DNA of 32,000 bases from Pirellula staleyi DSM 6068 (GCA_000025185.1 CP001848.1:1020001-1052000), one strand, 5' to 3'. Shown: positions 17,143 through 26,752, numbered from the stretch's first letter. Numbers and translations are program-made. The notes: generated by a model not told the origin, from the letters alone.

Positions 17143-18240
17143 TTATTTCTTCTTGGCACTGCTGCCGCGCGGCATCGGTGGAGCGACCAGTTTGAGCAGT
17201 GTCGGGCCATCGACCGCTGGGGCTTCGTCGTCGTCGCTGGCAACCAGCACGACGTCGGTGATATCGACGAGCCCGGCAGGTTTTCCATCGTGGTCGATCA
17301 CCGGCAGTTCGCTGATTTTTTTCATCGCCAGCAGATCGCAGGCGGCTGCGAGCGAAGTCCCTTCCTGAATGGTGGTCGGTCTGCGGGTCATCACGTCGGA
17401 CAGCGGACCGTCGATGGCAGCATCCCGTTTGGCTTCGAGCAAACGGGCCAGATCGCTATCGGTGAAAATCCCCGAGAGTTTGCCGGCATCGTCGATCAGC
17501 AGGATCGCGCCACTGCGACGACCCGGTCGACGCTGATTGACCAAGGCTTCGCGCAGCCGCTCGTTTTCGTGCGCTACGCGGCACTCGGCGAGGGGACGCA
17601 TCACGTCGTTCACCGTGGCGAGCTTTCGTCCCAAACTTCCGCCGGGATGATAGCGGGCAAAATCGTCGGCCGAAAATCCGCGCGACTGGCTTACAACAAT
17701 CGCCAGTGCATCGCCCAGGGCGAGCATCGCGGCGGTGCTGGTGCTGGGGGCAAGTCCCAGCGGACATGCTTCGGTTATCCGCCCCAGATCGAGCACCACC
17801 GTAGCGGCTCGCGCCAAGGTGCTGCTCGGCTGACCGGTGATGGCGATGATCGATGCGCCAAAATCTCGCAGCATCGGCAAGATGCGTGTGATCTCTTCGG
17901 TCTCGCCGCTGTAGGAGAGCATCAGCACGACGTCTCCTTCGGCAATCCGTCCGAGGTCGCCATGAATCGCTTCAGCAGGGTGAACAAAATGGCTGCGCGT
18001 GCCGGTGGAAGCAAACGTGGCGGTGAGCTTACTGGCGATTAGTCCGGCTTTTCCCATGCCACTCAGGATCAGACTGCCGCGGCAGTCGAGCAGCATCTTC
18101 ACAGCGCTGACAAAATGGTGATCGAGTCGCGTAGCGAGCCCGGCAATCGCATCGCTTTCACTGAGCAAGACAGTGCGCGCGAGCTGCAGGGGATCGAGGG
18201 CCGCGCGAGGGCCGAGCGTGGAAGATGAAGCGGTGTGCAT
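17143..18240 (-). CDS. kdsD: arabinose-5-phosphate isomerase (KdsD/KpsF family; SIS domain + tandem CBS domains)
   Basis: SIS motif GSLILSGMGKAGLIASKLTATFASTGTRSHFVHPAEAIHGDLG. The C-terminal region has CBS-like segments (..VNDVMRPL.. and ..LSDVMTRRPTTI..). I prefer the ATG at complement 18238-18240 (MHTASSS..). Confidence 0.88.
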   Translation of the reverse strand: MHTASSSTLGPRAALDPLQLARTVLLSESDAIAGLATRLDHHFVSAVKMLLDCRGSLILSGMGKAGLIASKLTATFASTGTRSHFVHPAEAIHGDLGRIAEGDVVLMLSYSGETEEITRILPMLRDFGASIIAITGQPSSTLARAATVVLDLGRITEACPLGLAPSTSTAAMLALGDALAIVVSQSRGFSADDFARYHPGGSLGRKLATVNDVMRPLAECRVAHENERLREALVNQRRPGRRSGAILLIDDAGKLSGIFTDSDLARLLEAKRDAAIDGPLSDVMTRRPTTIQEGTSLAAACDLLAMKKISELPVIDHDGKPAGLVDITDVVLVASDDDEAPAVDGPTLLKLVAPPMPRGSSAKKK

Positions 18241-18502
18241 GGCACGTCGTCCTTGACGTGAAGGGGCAGCTAGAGCGTGGCGCGCCGACGAATCCCAAAG
18301 ACGAATCAGCTGCGCGACGCTGGTATACCTCACGAGCCTCGAACAAGGCCCGGAGATTTCCGACGAGTAGTGTACGCGCGAACGAATCTTCACCACAACG
18401 CCAAAGCGACGATCGGCCGCGCGTGGTGCTGCTGGGTACTGGCTGATTGCAAGGCGTTGCTAGCGTGGTTGAAGCTGTCAGCCGCCGCGCAAGCGCAGGG
18501 CG

Positions 18503-18643
18503 CTAAGCCCCCTTCTCGGCCTTGCAGCTGTCGATCAGGAACGGAATCCAGCAGAAGCAAGGTCCGCTGATCACGATGAGGAGGATGAAGAGAATCACGC
18601 CGTTCTGGTTGAGACCGAGAAAGACTTCTTTACCCTGGGGCAT
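18503..18643 (-). CDS. small (46-aa) Cys-rich single-pass membrane protein, hypothetical
   Basis: MPQGKEVFLGLNQNGVILFILLIVISGPCFCWIPFLIDSCKAEKGA. An internal ATG is preceded by GAGGA 7 nt upstream. There is one clear hydrophobic helix. Support is weak because only ORF, SD and hydrophobicity back it. Confidence 0.45.
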   Translation of the reverse strand: MPQGKEVFLGLNQNGVILFILLIVISGPCFCWIPFLIDSCKAEKGA

Positions 18644-18803
18644 GACTGCATCCTCATGGAGAGGGGCGCAAAAAACAACGAGGCCACTGGCACCACAGTA
18701 CCAGCAGCCTCGTTGGGTTGTAACCATTCTTTCGAGCGACGCGAAGCAATTTTCCGAGCCACTATGGGGCAGGAAATCAGCCGCGACGCACGTGAAGTTT
18801 CGA

Positions 18804-19820
18804 CTAAGCCTTGATCTTGGCCATCAGCTTGCTGGCGTTGCCAGCCTGGCCGAACTGCACCATGCGGGCTTTGCAAACTTCCTTCATGGCGGTGCGAGCT
18901 GGCTTGAGGTAGTCGCGAGGGTCGAACTTGTCGGGCGATTCGGTGAGCACCTTGCGGATGGCACCGGTGATCGCCATGCGGCAGTCGGTATCGACGTTGA
19001 TCTTACGGACGCCGTTCTTAATGCCGCGCTGAATTTCTTCGACTGGCACACCCCACGTTTGTGGCATCTTGCCGCCGTACTTGTTGATGATGTCTTGCAG
19101 TTCTTGCGGAACGCTCGAGCTGCCGTGCATCACCAGGTGGGTGTTAGGAAGCTTCTTATGAATCGCTTCGATGCGATCCATGGCCAGCACGCTGCCGTCG
19201 GGCTTCTTGGTGAACTTGTACGCGCCGTGGCTGGTGCCGATGGCAACCGCCAAAGCATCGACACCGGTGGCAGCCACAAACTGGGCTGCTTCATCGGGAT
19301 CGGTCAGCAGCTGATCGTGCGACAGCTGACCTTCAGCGCCGTGGCCATCTTCAGCTTCGCCATGGCCGCTTTCGAGCGAACCGAGACAGCCGAGCTCCCC
19401 TTCCACACCCACGTTGCGGGCATGAGCGAGCTTCACCACATCCTTGGTCACTTGCACGTTGTAGTCGAAGTCGGCTGGGGTTTTGCCATCTTCCTTCAGC
19501 GAGCCGTCCATCATCACGCTGGTGAAGCCGTTATCGATGGCCGACAGGCAGGTGGCGACGCTGTTGCCGTGATCCTGGTGCATAACGATCGGAATGTTCG
19601 GATAGAGCTCGGCAGCGGCGAGCATCAGGTGACGCAGGTAGGCGTCTTGCGAATACGAACGTGCACCGCGCGAGGCTTGGATAATGACTGGCGAATCGGT
19701 TTCGGCGGCTGCTTCCATGATCGACTGGATTTGTTCCATGTTGTTCACATTGAACGCAGCAACGCCGTAATTGTTTTCGGCAGCATGATCGAGCACAACA
19801 CGCAGGGAAACTAGCGGCAT
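18804..19820 (-). CDS. fba: class II (metal-dependent) fructose-bisphosphate aldolase
   Basis: [30 protein letters not shown]...IVMHQDHG...[10 protein letters not shown]...[11 protein letters not shown]...[16 protein letters not shown] lies upstream of the ATG at complement 19818-19820. Confidence 0.93.
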   Translation of the reverse strand: MPLVSLRVVLDHAAENNYGVAAFNVNNMEQIQSIMEAAAETDSPVIIQASRGARSYSQDAYLRHLMLAAAELYPNIPIVMHQDHGNSVATCLSAIDNGFTSVMMDGSLKEDGKTPADFDYNVQVTKDVVKLAHARNVGVEGELGCLGSLESGHGEAEDGHGAEGQLSHDQLLTDPDEAAQFVAATGVDALAVAIGTSHGAYKFTKKPDGSVLAMDRIEAIHKKLPNTHLVMHGSSSVPQELQDIINKYGGKMPQTWGVPVEEIQRGIKNGVRKINVDTDCRMAITGAIRKVLTESPDKFDPRDYLKPARTAMKEVCKARMVQFGQAGNASKLMAKIKA

Positions 19821-19948
19821 CAGACGGCTCCTCGTAAGAAACTCCCGCCGGCATTTGGATGGGCGAGTCTGACATCCCGCGAGAGGCAGAGCCGCAGGTG
19901 CGACATCGCCGTGGGTGTACTGCCACGAACCAGTAGAGCAGGAAAACA

Positions 19949-19992
19949 ATAATCGAAAGGAAGATTATCGACCGCAACGTGCGCCTCCGCAA
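19949..19992 (-). promoter_or_regulatory. two overlapping sigma-70-like promoter candidates upstream of fba
   Basis: The minus strand reads TTGCGG-17 nt-GATAAT and, 15 nt downstream, TTGCGG-17 nt-GATTAT. Plus-strand hexamers are at 19987-19992/19964-19969 and 19972-19977/19949-19954. This is pattern match only. Confidence 0.25.
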
Positions 19993-20112
19993 GTGTCGCG
20001 GGCGACAATCTGCCCCACACTGCGCTGCGGAAAACTGGTCGCCCCAAACCGCCCTTAGAGGCGAATGAAATCGCCGGGGCAACCGTGAGCCCCCTGGAGC
20101 GTTACGCGTTTT

Positions 20113-20988
20113 TCACTCCACCGGGGTGGCGAGGGGGGCGGCGAGTTTGTCGGGGGCAAACAGGTCGTCGTGCTGCGTCTGTGCCACGCGCACCACCAGC
20201 AGCGTGCGCTGGTTGGTTCCACCGGCGGTCTCGACAAAGCAGCGTTCTCCCAACCCTTTGATGTCGGGGGTGGTCGAAACCAAAAGGACCTGCCCCGGGG
20301 CGAGGGTGGCTTGAAACCGGAGTTCATCGAGCACCAAACGCTCGCGGCCGATGCGCTGCAACAGCGAACCCTCTTGTCCCACCCACTGCGACTTCAGTTC
20401 TCCATGTTCCACTTCGGGGGTCAGGTCGAGCCGAACCCGGCCATCCCCTTCCAGGTAGGGCTTCAGGCCGAACAGGCACTGCGCTTTTTCGACCAGCCGA
20501 CCATGCACCTGACCATGCTCGTACGTCAGCAGCGAGAGCGAATCGTAGGTTTTCGAGACCACCACTTTCGCGCGGCGTCCATGGCGACATTGCATGCGCC
20601 GCTGGGTGCGCGGAGTCTCGGTATCGGTCGTACTGACATCTTCCGCGCGCTGCTCGAGCCATTCTTCTTTGCCGTCGAGCAGGGTCCGCAGTTCAGCTGG
20701 CAAGCTTTGATTGAAGACACCGACCCGCAGGCCGTTGGCGAACAACTTTTCGCGCAGTTCGGTCGAGAAATGCTGCTCGTCGGCCTGTTGCCAGATGGCG
20801 GCATACGACTTGTCGTCGCTCGCCATTTGATGGGCAAACGCCACCTCGAGCACCACACTGTCGCTCGACATTTTCGCGGGAGGGAGCGCCGACGTACCGG
20901 GATCGGGCATTTTGGCAAACGGCGCGCAGCCAGCCATCGCCAGGCAAAGCCCGACGAGCGCCGCTCGCAAGTAGTCCGTTGCCGACAT
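20113..20988 (-). CDS. hypothetical lipoprotein
   Basis: N-terminus MSATDYLRAALVGLCLAMAGCAPF has a lipobox-like LAMAGC. The product is 291 aa and I recognise no family. Confidence 0.7.
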   Translation of the reverse strand: MSATDYLRAALVGLCLAMAGCAPFAKMPDPGTSALPPAKMSSDSVVLEVAFAHQMASDDKSYAAIWQQADEQHFSTELREKLFANGLRVGVFNQSLPAELRTLLDGKEEWLEQRAEDVSTTDTETPRTQRRMQCRHGRRAKVVVSKTYDSLSLLTYEHGQVHGRLVEKAQCLFGLKPYLEGDGRVRLDLTPEVEHGELKSQWVGQEGSLLQRIGRERLVLDELRFQATLAPGQVLLVSTTPDIKGLGERCFVETAGGTNQRTLLVVRVAQTQHDDLFAPDKLAAPLATPVE

Positions 20989-21166
20989 CCGTGCCGGTCT
21001 CCCGCCTCAAGATCGAAGACCACAGCGAGCGCCACATTAGCGCGCACCCCGTCCGGTCTCGAGGGCGGAAAACTACTAGCACCCCGCAGCACGGTCAATG
21101 CCGATTTACGTGCCAGCGAAGTTGCCGCTAGCACCAAGCTGCTGTCCCCTGCTGGCGGACTTCAAT

Positions 21167-22438
21167 TTACACGTGCGAGGGAGTGCCGGTCGACATCTCC
21201 GTTTCGCGCTGCTGCGCGGGCTGCTTCATTGGCGATGCTTCCGCTGGCGACGACGCCCCTGTCTCGGCCGAAGCGCGCCACAGTTTCACCATCGCTGCCC
21301 AGAGCGAAGGTTCCACCGTTTGACGAAACGGCGAATCGGCCGGCAAATGAGCCATCAAACGTCGATGCGCTTCCGCCATGTTGTGATAAGGCAGCGATGG
21401 AAACAGGTGATGCGTGGCGTGAAAACGAAGCCCCACCGGGTTGGTCAGCATCACCAGGGGAGACTTGCTCGAGAGGTCCACGCTGTCGAGCATTTGATCG
21501 ACGAACGTCACCTCGCCACCGGGACTCGCCCAGCGATGCGCGGCAAGCGTGCGAATCGCATTGACCAGCGTCAGTACAAAACCGACAGCCAATCCTTGCG
21601 TCAGAAACGGAATCGGCAGCCGACCAAAACCGAACCAAGCGATGCCAACGACACTCGCCAGGTAAGCAAAGCACAAACCCTCCTGCAGACGAATCATCCA
21701 CTGGTCCGACTGCGATGGGAGCGGACGAATATAGCGCGGATCGACCACCAAACTCGACGCGTGCCGGTATACCCACTGCCGAAAACCAGGAAGCACCCAG
21801 GTGAGTGGCGTGATCAGTCCAAATCGAATGACTGCCAGCGGCGGATACCAAATCGCTTGCGACAAGAAGACGAGAATCCAAATCGGTCGCCACCGCGCGA
21901 GAGCCACATACTCGCCATCTTCGTGCGTTCCGTAGGTTTTGCGGCGATGGTGGTCGAGATGCGTGTAGTAAGTGAAGCTCGGCATCAAAAAGGGAATTCC
22001 CGCGAGGAGATTCCAGACGATGCGAAACGCGGTGAACTTCTTTTCTGGCAGGTGCGACAGTTCGTGGATGAACATCGCCGCGCGATAGTAGAGGGCACAG
22101 CAGATCGAGAACGTGAGCGCCTGCAGCGGCAGCTGTAGTGCCCAGTTGCCACCGGTCAGCGTCGGCATGTGACGCGTCAGGCTATAGCAGGCATGACCAA
22201 TCAGGATGGTCGTGAGAAAGTCGGCCCAGTAGATGCGCGGGTTGGGGGTGAAGAGGTCCTTCACCAGTCCTCGCGCTTCGGCGAGCGAGAAGTTGCCGCG
22301 CACTTCGCGATCGCTACTGGCAGACTCGCCGCTCGCTGACTCATCGCCAGCAGGAAGCTTAAAATGGGGACCGCGAAGGCGAACAGGCTGTGTGCTGGAC
22401 GCAGCCTCGACGTTTGATGACTCGGCACGGGACGACAT
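21167..22438 (-). CDS. membrane fatty-acid desaturase/hydroxylase family protein (three His boxes)
   Basis: His boxes HELSH, HLDHHRR and HATHH, with TM segments between them. I prefer the ATG at complement 22436-22438 (GAGAGG about 7 nt upstream) over the ATG at 22459. Confidence 0.85.
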   Translation of the reverse strand: MSSRAESSNVEAASSTQPVRLRGPHFKLPAGDESASGESASSDREVRGNFSLAEARGLVKDLFTPNPRIYWADFLTTILIGHACYSLTRHMPTLTGGNWALQLPLQALTFSICCALYYRAAMFIHELSHLPEKKFTAFRIVWNLLAGIPFLMPSFTYYTHLDHHRRKTYGTHEDGEYVALARWRPIWILVFLSQAIWYPPLAVIRFGLITPLTWVLPGFRQWVYRHASSLVVDPRYIRPLPSQSDQWMIRLQEGLCFAYLASVVGIAWFGFGRLPIPFLTQGLAVGFVLTLVNAIRTLAAHRWASPGGEVTFVDQMLDSVDLSSKSPLVMLTNPVGLRFHATHHLFPSLPYHNMAEAHRRLMAHLPADSPFRQTVEPSLWAAMVKLWRASAETGASSPAEASPMKQPAQQRETEMSTGTPSHV

Positions 22439-22927
22439 CAAAGCACCTCTCCTGATCATCTGCAGTAAGCTGAGTTTCCGAAGCTAACGCCATGTCGCTC
22501 GCGCAGCCTGCAAACCTCAAGGGTGCGGCGGTTTTCCTCGCACGCTCGAGAGAGGCAAGCGCGGGGGAAATAGCACGGAGCTGACGTCCGGAAAGTCGCA
22601 ATCGCCAGCAGCCTGGGTCCCGCCCGGTTGGTCGTCGGCTCCCAGAACATCGCCAGCGATCGACAGCTCGTGGGTAGCGACTGCGATCGTTGGTGCTCAG
22701 GAGTCGCATCGGGTAGGATGCGGCTGGCAAAACGCTGCTTGTGTCATCGTCAAAAAGGTTCCGGTTCTGCCGAAAAATCGGGTTGTGCGTGACACAGCCC
22801 CGGCGAAACGTCCCACGTTTCCGCTGACTCCCTGGCCAGCACTCAACCCAAACCTCCCAAACGACGCACTTTGCAATCGTAGGGAAGGACTCCAGTCCCT
22901 TCCACCGACCCGCCTCTGCTGGGCCCA

Positions 22928-24163
22928 TTGCGCGGCTCGCTGAAACCTCGAGCTCGCCAGCTAAACGCTCCACTAGCGCATTTTCATGAAGGTGTAAGTC
23001 GCTTGCTATCTTGGCTTTGGAACCGAAAAAACAGTTCGCAGCCCCCTGCCGGGAATAGCTCGGCTGCTGCCGCGGGAAAGCCGCCCCTGGCCGCTTCGAG
23101 CCCGCCAGCGTCTTGCGACACTTGGCCCGGCGACAGCAACCTCGTGATAGCATCTACCCTGACTGATGCGATTTACCAAAAACTTCTTATCACACCCCTC
23201 GTTCAGGTGTATCCTCTCGCCAGCAGCGAGCAAACCGAGCCCGAAGTGCTGCTGGGTATAGGTCTAGCGCGGCGTCTTACGCGGAATCTTTCGCTCACCC
23301 CCGGTCTGTCGGTTCGAGGGAGCGACGACACCCCCGATCTGGCCCTCGAGCAGGTCGTGGCCAATCGATCGCTCCAAAATCCGACCCTGCAAATCACCGG
23401 GCGGACCGATTTCGTGGGTGGAATGCCCCGCACCGAACTCTACCTGCTGGTCCCTGGACGCTCGCGACCGGTGGTGATGGTGGTCGAGGAACGTTCGCTC
23501 GAAGCGCAGCTGGCGCGACTAGCAACCGAGATTTGCCGCGCGGTGGGGGTCGAAGTGAGACCCGCAACAATCAGCCGCTGGCAAGCGCTCGCTCCCCCTT
23601 CGGCCGATGCGCTCCGCGCGCTGGGGCAACTTGCCACCCGCTTCGAGCCCCTTTCGCGCGAGCGCACCACTGCTGCAATCTCGCTGGCACACGAGCAACC
23701 CGCTGTCACCTGCGCTTTGCACACCATCGACCCCACCGACGAGCGTGCTCTCGCCGCGCTCGAGCAAGGGGCGACCCACGACCCGCTCGATCCGCAGTTG
23801 TCGCTCCTCGCGTTTCAAGCCACTTGGAACGGTTCGCGCGGCGATGCGCGGGCACTCAAGCATCTCGATCGCGCGCTGGCACTGGCCCCCGCACTCGGAA
23901 AAGCGCATCTCTGGAAGTCGATCGCCGCGCCGCTCGGCCGCACCACGCTGTGGCATGCTGAACTGGCCTACCGCATGCTCCCCGGCAATGTGCAGGTGGT
24001 CGATCATTTCGAATCGCTCGTCGCCGAGCACCCCTCGCTCACCGCGCATCTCCCTGCGGAGCATCTGCTGACTTTGCGCAAGTCGCTTTTGTCCGAAGCG
24101 ATGACGATCGATCCCACCGACGAAATCCGCCGCGAGCGACTCCGCGCCCTCACCAGCAGCTAG
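22928..24163 (+). CDS. hypothetical protein, C-terminal half helical/TPR-like; start codon uncertain
   Basis: A long ORF with no internal ATG near the 5' end. Candidate starts are TTG 22928, TTG 23003 (preceded by GAAGGTG 8 nt upstream) and GTG near 23143. C-terminal segments such as ALKHLDRALALAPALGKAHLW look TPR-like. Confidence 0.55.
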   Translation: MRGSLKPRARQLNAPLAHFHEGVSRLLSWLWNRKNSSQPPAGNSSAAAAGKPPLAASSPPASCDTWPGDSNLVIASTLTDAIYQKLLITPLVQVYPLASSEQTEPEVLLGIGLARRLTRNLSLTPGLSVRGSDDTPDLALEQVVANRSLQNPTLQITGRTDFVGGMPRTELYLLVPGRSRPVVMVVEERSLEAQLARLATEICRAVGVEVRPATISRWQALAPPSADALRALGQLATRFEPLSRERTTAAISLAHEQPAVTCALHTIDPTDERALAALEQGATHDPLDPQLSLLAFQATWNGSRGDARALKHLDRALALAPALGKAHLWKSIAAPLGRTTLWHAELAYRMLPGNVQVVDHFESLVAEHPSLTAHLPAEHLLTLRKSLLSEAMTIDPTDEIRRERLRALTSS

Positions 24164-24286
24164 CGCTCCACCCACTTTTCGCCGCTCGACGCGAGCGCGA
24201 ATTTGGTACACTTCGGCATCAGCCAAGTTCGCTTATCACCAGCATCCGCGCGATGCTTTTCTCCCGTTTTTCGCGAGACCTCTCCG

Positions 24287-25279
24287 ATGAAAGCTGCCTA
24301 CATCACCGCCACGGGACCTGCCGAAAACATCACCTACGGCGATCTCCCCACGCCGACCATCGGTCCCCAGCAAGTGCTGGTGAAAGTTGCCGCAGTAGCG
24401 GTAAACCCGATCGATACCTACCTCCGAAACGGCGCCAACTACTGGCCACTCCCAATGCCATTTGTGATCGGCTGCGATTTGGCCGGCACCGTGGAAGCGG
24501 TAGGGAGCGATGTGAAGCATCTGAAAATCGGCAACCGTGTGTGGGGAACCAATCAAGGACTTTTGGGACGCCAAGGGACCTTTGCCGAGTTCGCCGCTGT
24601 CGACGAAAACCTGCTCTACCCCATTCCCGATAACGTTTCGTTCGACACCGCCGCCGCCTGTGCGCTTGTGGGGATCACTGCCCACTTGGGACTGATCCGC
24701 GAAGCCAAACTCGGCGCTGGTGAAACCATTTTCGTGAACGGCGGAAGTGGCGGCGTCGGCACCGTGGTGGTGCAGCTTGCCAAAGCGATCGGCGCTCGCG
24801 TGATCGCCACCGCTGGCGATCCTTCCAAGGTCGATGCGCTGCTGAAACTCGGCTGCGATGTCGCCGTGAACTACAAGACCGAAGATGTTGCCGCCGCTGT
24901 CAAAGCGTTTGCCCCGGCCGGAGTCAACGTCTACTGGGAAACAGTTCGCGAACCCGACTTCGATAAAATCACAAGCTACCTCGCCGAACGTGGCCGCGTC
25001 ATCCTGATGGCAGGCCGCGATGCCCGACCCGCTTTTCCGGTCGGACCGTTCTACGTCAAAGGTTGCTCGCTTCACGGATTTGTGATGTTCAAGGCCACGC
25101 CCGAAGAACAACAAGCGTGCGCGGTCGACCTCAATCGCTGGATGAGCGAAGGCAAACTGAAGGCCATCATCTCAAAGGTCTTTCCGCTGAGCGAAGCTGC
25201 CGCCGCCCACAAACTGCAAGAGCAAAACACCTTACAAAAGGCAGGGACGCTGGCTGGCAAAATCGTCCTCCATCCCTAG
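24287..25279 (+). CDS. NADPH:quinone oxidoreductase / zeta-crystallin-type medium-chain dehydrogenase
   Basis: MKAAYITATGPAENITYGDLPTPTIGPQQVLVKVAAVAVNPIDTYLRNG. Nucleotide-binding motif VNGGSGGVGTVVVQLAK. C-terminal ...AAAHKLQE...GKIVL. Confidence 0.88.
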   Translation: MKAAYITATGPAENITYGDLPTPTIGPQQVLVKVAAVAVNPIDTYLRNGANYWPLPMPFVIGCDLAGTVEAVGSDVKHLKIGNRVWGTNQGLLGRQGTFAEFAAVDENLLYPIPDNVSFDTAAACALVGITAHLGLIREAKLGAGETIFVNGGSGGVGTVVVQLAKAIGARVIATAGDPSKVDALLKLGCDVAVNYKTEDVAAAVKAFAPAGVNVYWETVREPDFDKITSYLAERGRVILMAGRDARPAFPVGPFYVKGCSLHGFVMFKATPEEQQACAVDLNRWMSEGKLKAIISKVFPLSEAAAAHKLQEQNTLQKAGTLAGKIVLHP

Positions 25280-25360
25280 AACAACAGCCTGCTCGAGAAC
25301 TCGCGATTTGATGCTGAACATTCGAGCGCGCCGATCGTTTCCGCTCTGAAAGCCCCTTCG

Positions 25361-26752
25361 ATGCCACGCCGTAACCTTCTGCTCCTAGCGATTGCGCTCC
25401 TATCGCTTGCCGCACCAGCGCAAGCTGCACAGCCGCGCGAGCAGTGCGAACTGCAGTTCATCGACCGCGCAACGCGCACACCGATCTCGCTCGTCATCGC
25501 CAGCACCACCGGCAGTCAAACGTGGGTCAGCGACAACGCTGGGCGGATCTGTTTCGATGCCGGAGAACTCTTTGATCGCGAAATCTTTCTCGCGCTCTGT
25601 TCCCCCGGCTACGAAGCGACCGCCGATGGATTTGGCATTCGCGGCTATCGCTTCACACCCCAAGATGGGGCGAAGTTCACCATCGAACTCACCCGGACCA
25701 GTCTCGCCGAGCGGATCGGACGCATGACCGGCAGCGGTATCTACGGCGAGAGCCAAAAACTGGGGCACCAGCTCGACTGGAAAGAGTCGGGCGTGGTGGG
25801 CTGCGACAGCGTGCAGCTGACCACCTACCAAGACAAGCTCCGCTGGATCTGGGGCGACACCACGCTGCACCACTACCCCCTCGGGATCTTCGACGCCTCA
25901 AGCGCCACGACTCCGATACTGACCTCCGCCGATCTCGCCGCCCCTCTGAAAATCAACTACCGCTACGAGCGCGACCAGCAAGATCGTCCGCGCGGCACTG
26001 CCCCTGTAGCCGGCTCCGGACCAACCTGGATCACCGGCGTGGCGAGTGTGAAAGATCGCGCCGGTCGCGAGCGGCTGATCACCAGCTACACCAAAATCGA
26101 GCCACCTCTTTCGGTCTACGAGTGGGGGCTCGTGGTCTGGAACGACGAAACCCAAACCTTCGAGAAAACGCTCGAGCTCTGGAATAAAAAATCGGGCGAG
26201 CCACTCCCCAAACTGCTCCCCGATGGTCATGTGAGTCGCTACACCGACGCCGAAGGAAAACGCTGGCTCCTGTTCGGCAATCCCCTTCCGACGTTGCAAG
26301 TTCCCGACGCTTTCGAGAGCTATCTCGACCCGAAAACCTGGCAAGAGGTGCATTCGCCGAAGTCGCTCACTAGTGTCGACGGTCAGCGCGTGGAACTGCA
26401 CAGCGGATCGATCGCCTGGCATCCCTGGAAGAAAAAATGGACCACCATTTTTATGGAACGTTTTGGCAAGCCGTCGGCCTTCGGTGAACTCTGGTATGCC
26501 GAAGCCGATTCGCCACTGGGACCTTGGAGCACGTGTGTAAAAATCCTCTCGCACGCGAACTACACATTCTATAACCCGCGCGTGCATGGCGAGTTTGCGG
26601 CGGCCGATGCTTCCACGCTCTACTTCGAAGCGACCTACACCGCCGAGTTTGCCGATAAGCCGACGATGACGCCCCGCTACAACTACAACCAATTGCTCTA
26701 CAAACTCGACCTCGCTCTTCCCGCGATCGAGAAGCTGAAGATCGCTAAGTAG
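25361..26752 (+). CDS. secreted hypothetical protein (possible beta-propeller/glycoside-hydrolase-like fold)
   Basis: Signal peptide MPRRNLLLLAIALLSLAAPAQAAQ. The motif LRWIWGDTTL is reminiscent of the WxFGDT motif of DUF4185-type proteins. That family call is a weak recollection only. Confidence 0.75.
   Translation: MPRRNLLLLAIALLSLAAPAQAAQPREQCELQFIDRATRTPISLVIASTTGSQTWVSDNAGRICFDAGELFDREIFLALCSPGYEATADGFGIRGYRFTPQDGAKFTIELTRTSLAERIGRMTGSGIYGESQKLGHQLDWKESGVVGCDSVQLTTYQDKLRWIWGDTTLHHYPLGIFDASSATTPILTSADLAAPLKINYRYERDQQDRPRGTAPVAGSGPTWITGVASVKDRAGRERLITSYTKIEPPLSVYEWGLVVWNDETQTFEKTLELWNKKSGEPLPKLLPDGHVSRYTDAEGKRWLLFGNPLPTLQVPDAFESYLDPKTWQEVHSPKSLTSVDGQRVELHSGSIAWHPWKKKWTTIFMERFGKPSAFGELWYAEADSPLGPWSTCVKILSHANYTFYNPRVHGEFAAADASTLYFEATYTAEFADKPTMTPRYNYNQLLYKLDLALPAIEKLKIAK

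Noticed and set aside
18522-19814. A 430-aa plus-strand ORF antisense to fba.
   Set aside because: It is a shadow of the class II aldolase gene, with a His/Val/Gly-rich nonsense-like composition.
20170-21564. A 464-aa plus-strand ORF spanning the lipoprotein gene, the intergenic gap and the desaturase 3' end.
   Set aside because: It runs antisense across two well-supported minus-strand genes and an intergenic region. Its composition is Arg/Ala/Pro-rich and typical of GC-frame artefacts.
22359-23153. A 264-aa minus-strand ORF across the long gap upstream of the desaturase.
   Set aside because: It overlaps the desaturase 5' end in another frame. It is Arg/Cys/Ser-rich and has no SD or recognisable domain. 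I treat the region as non-coding pending data.
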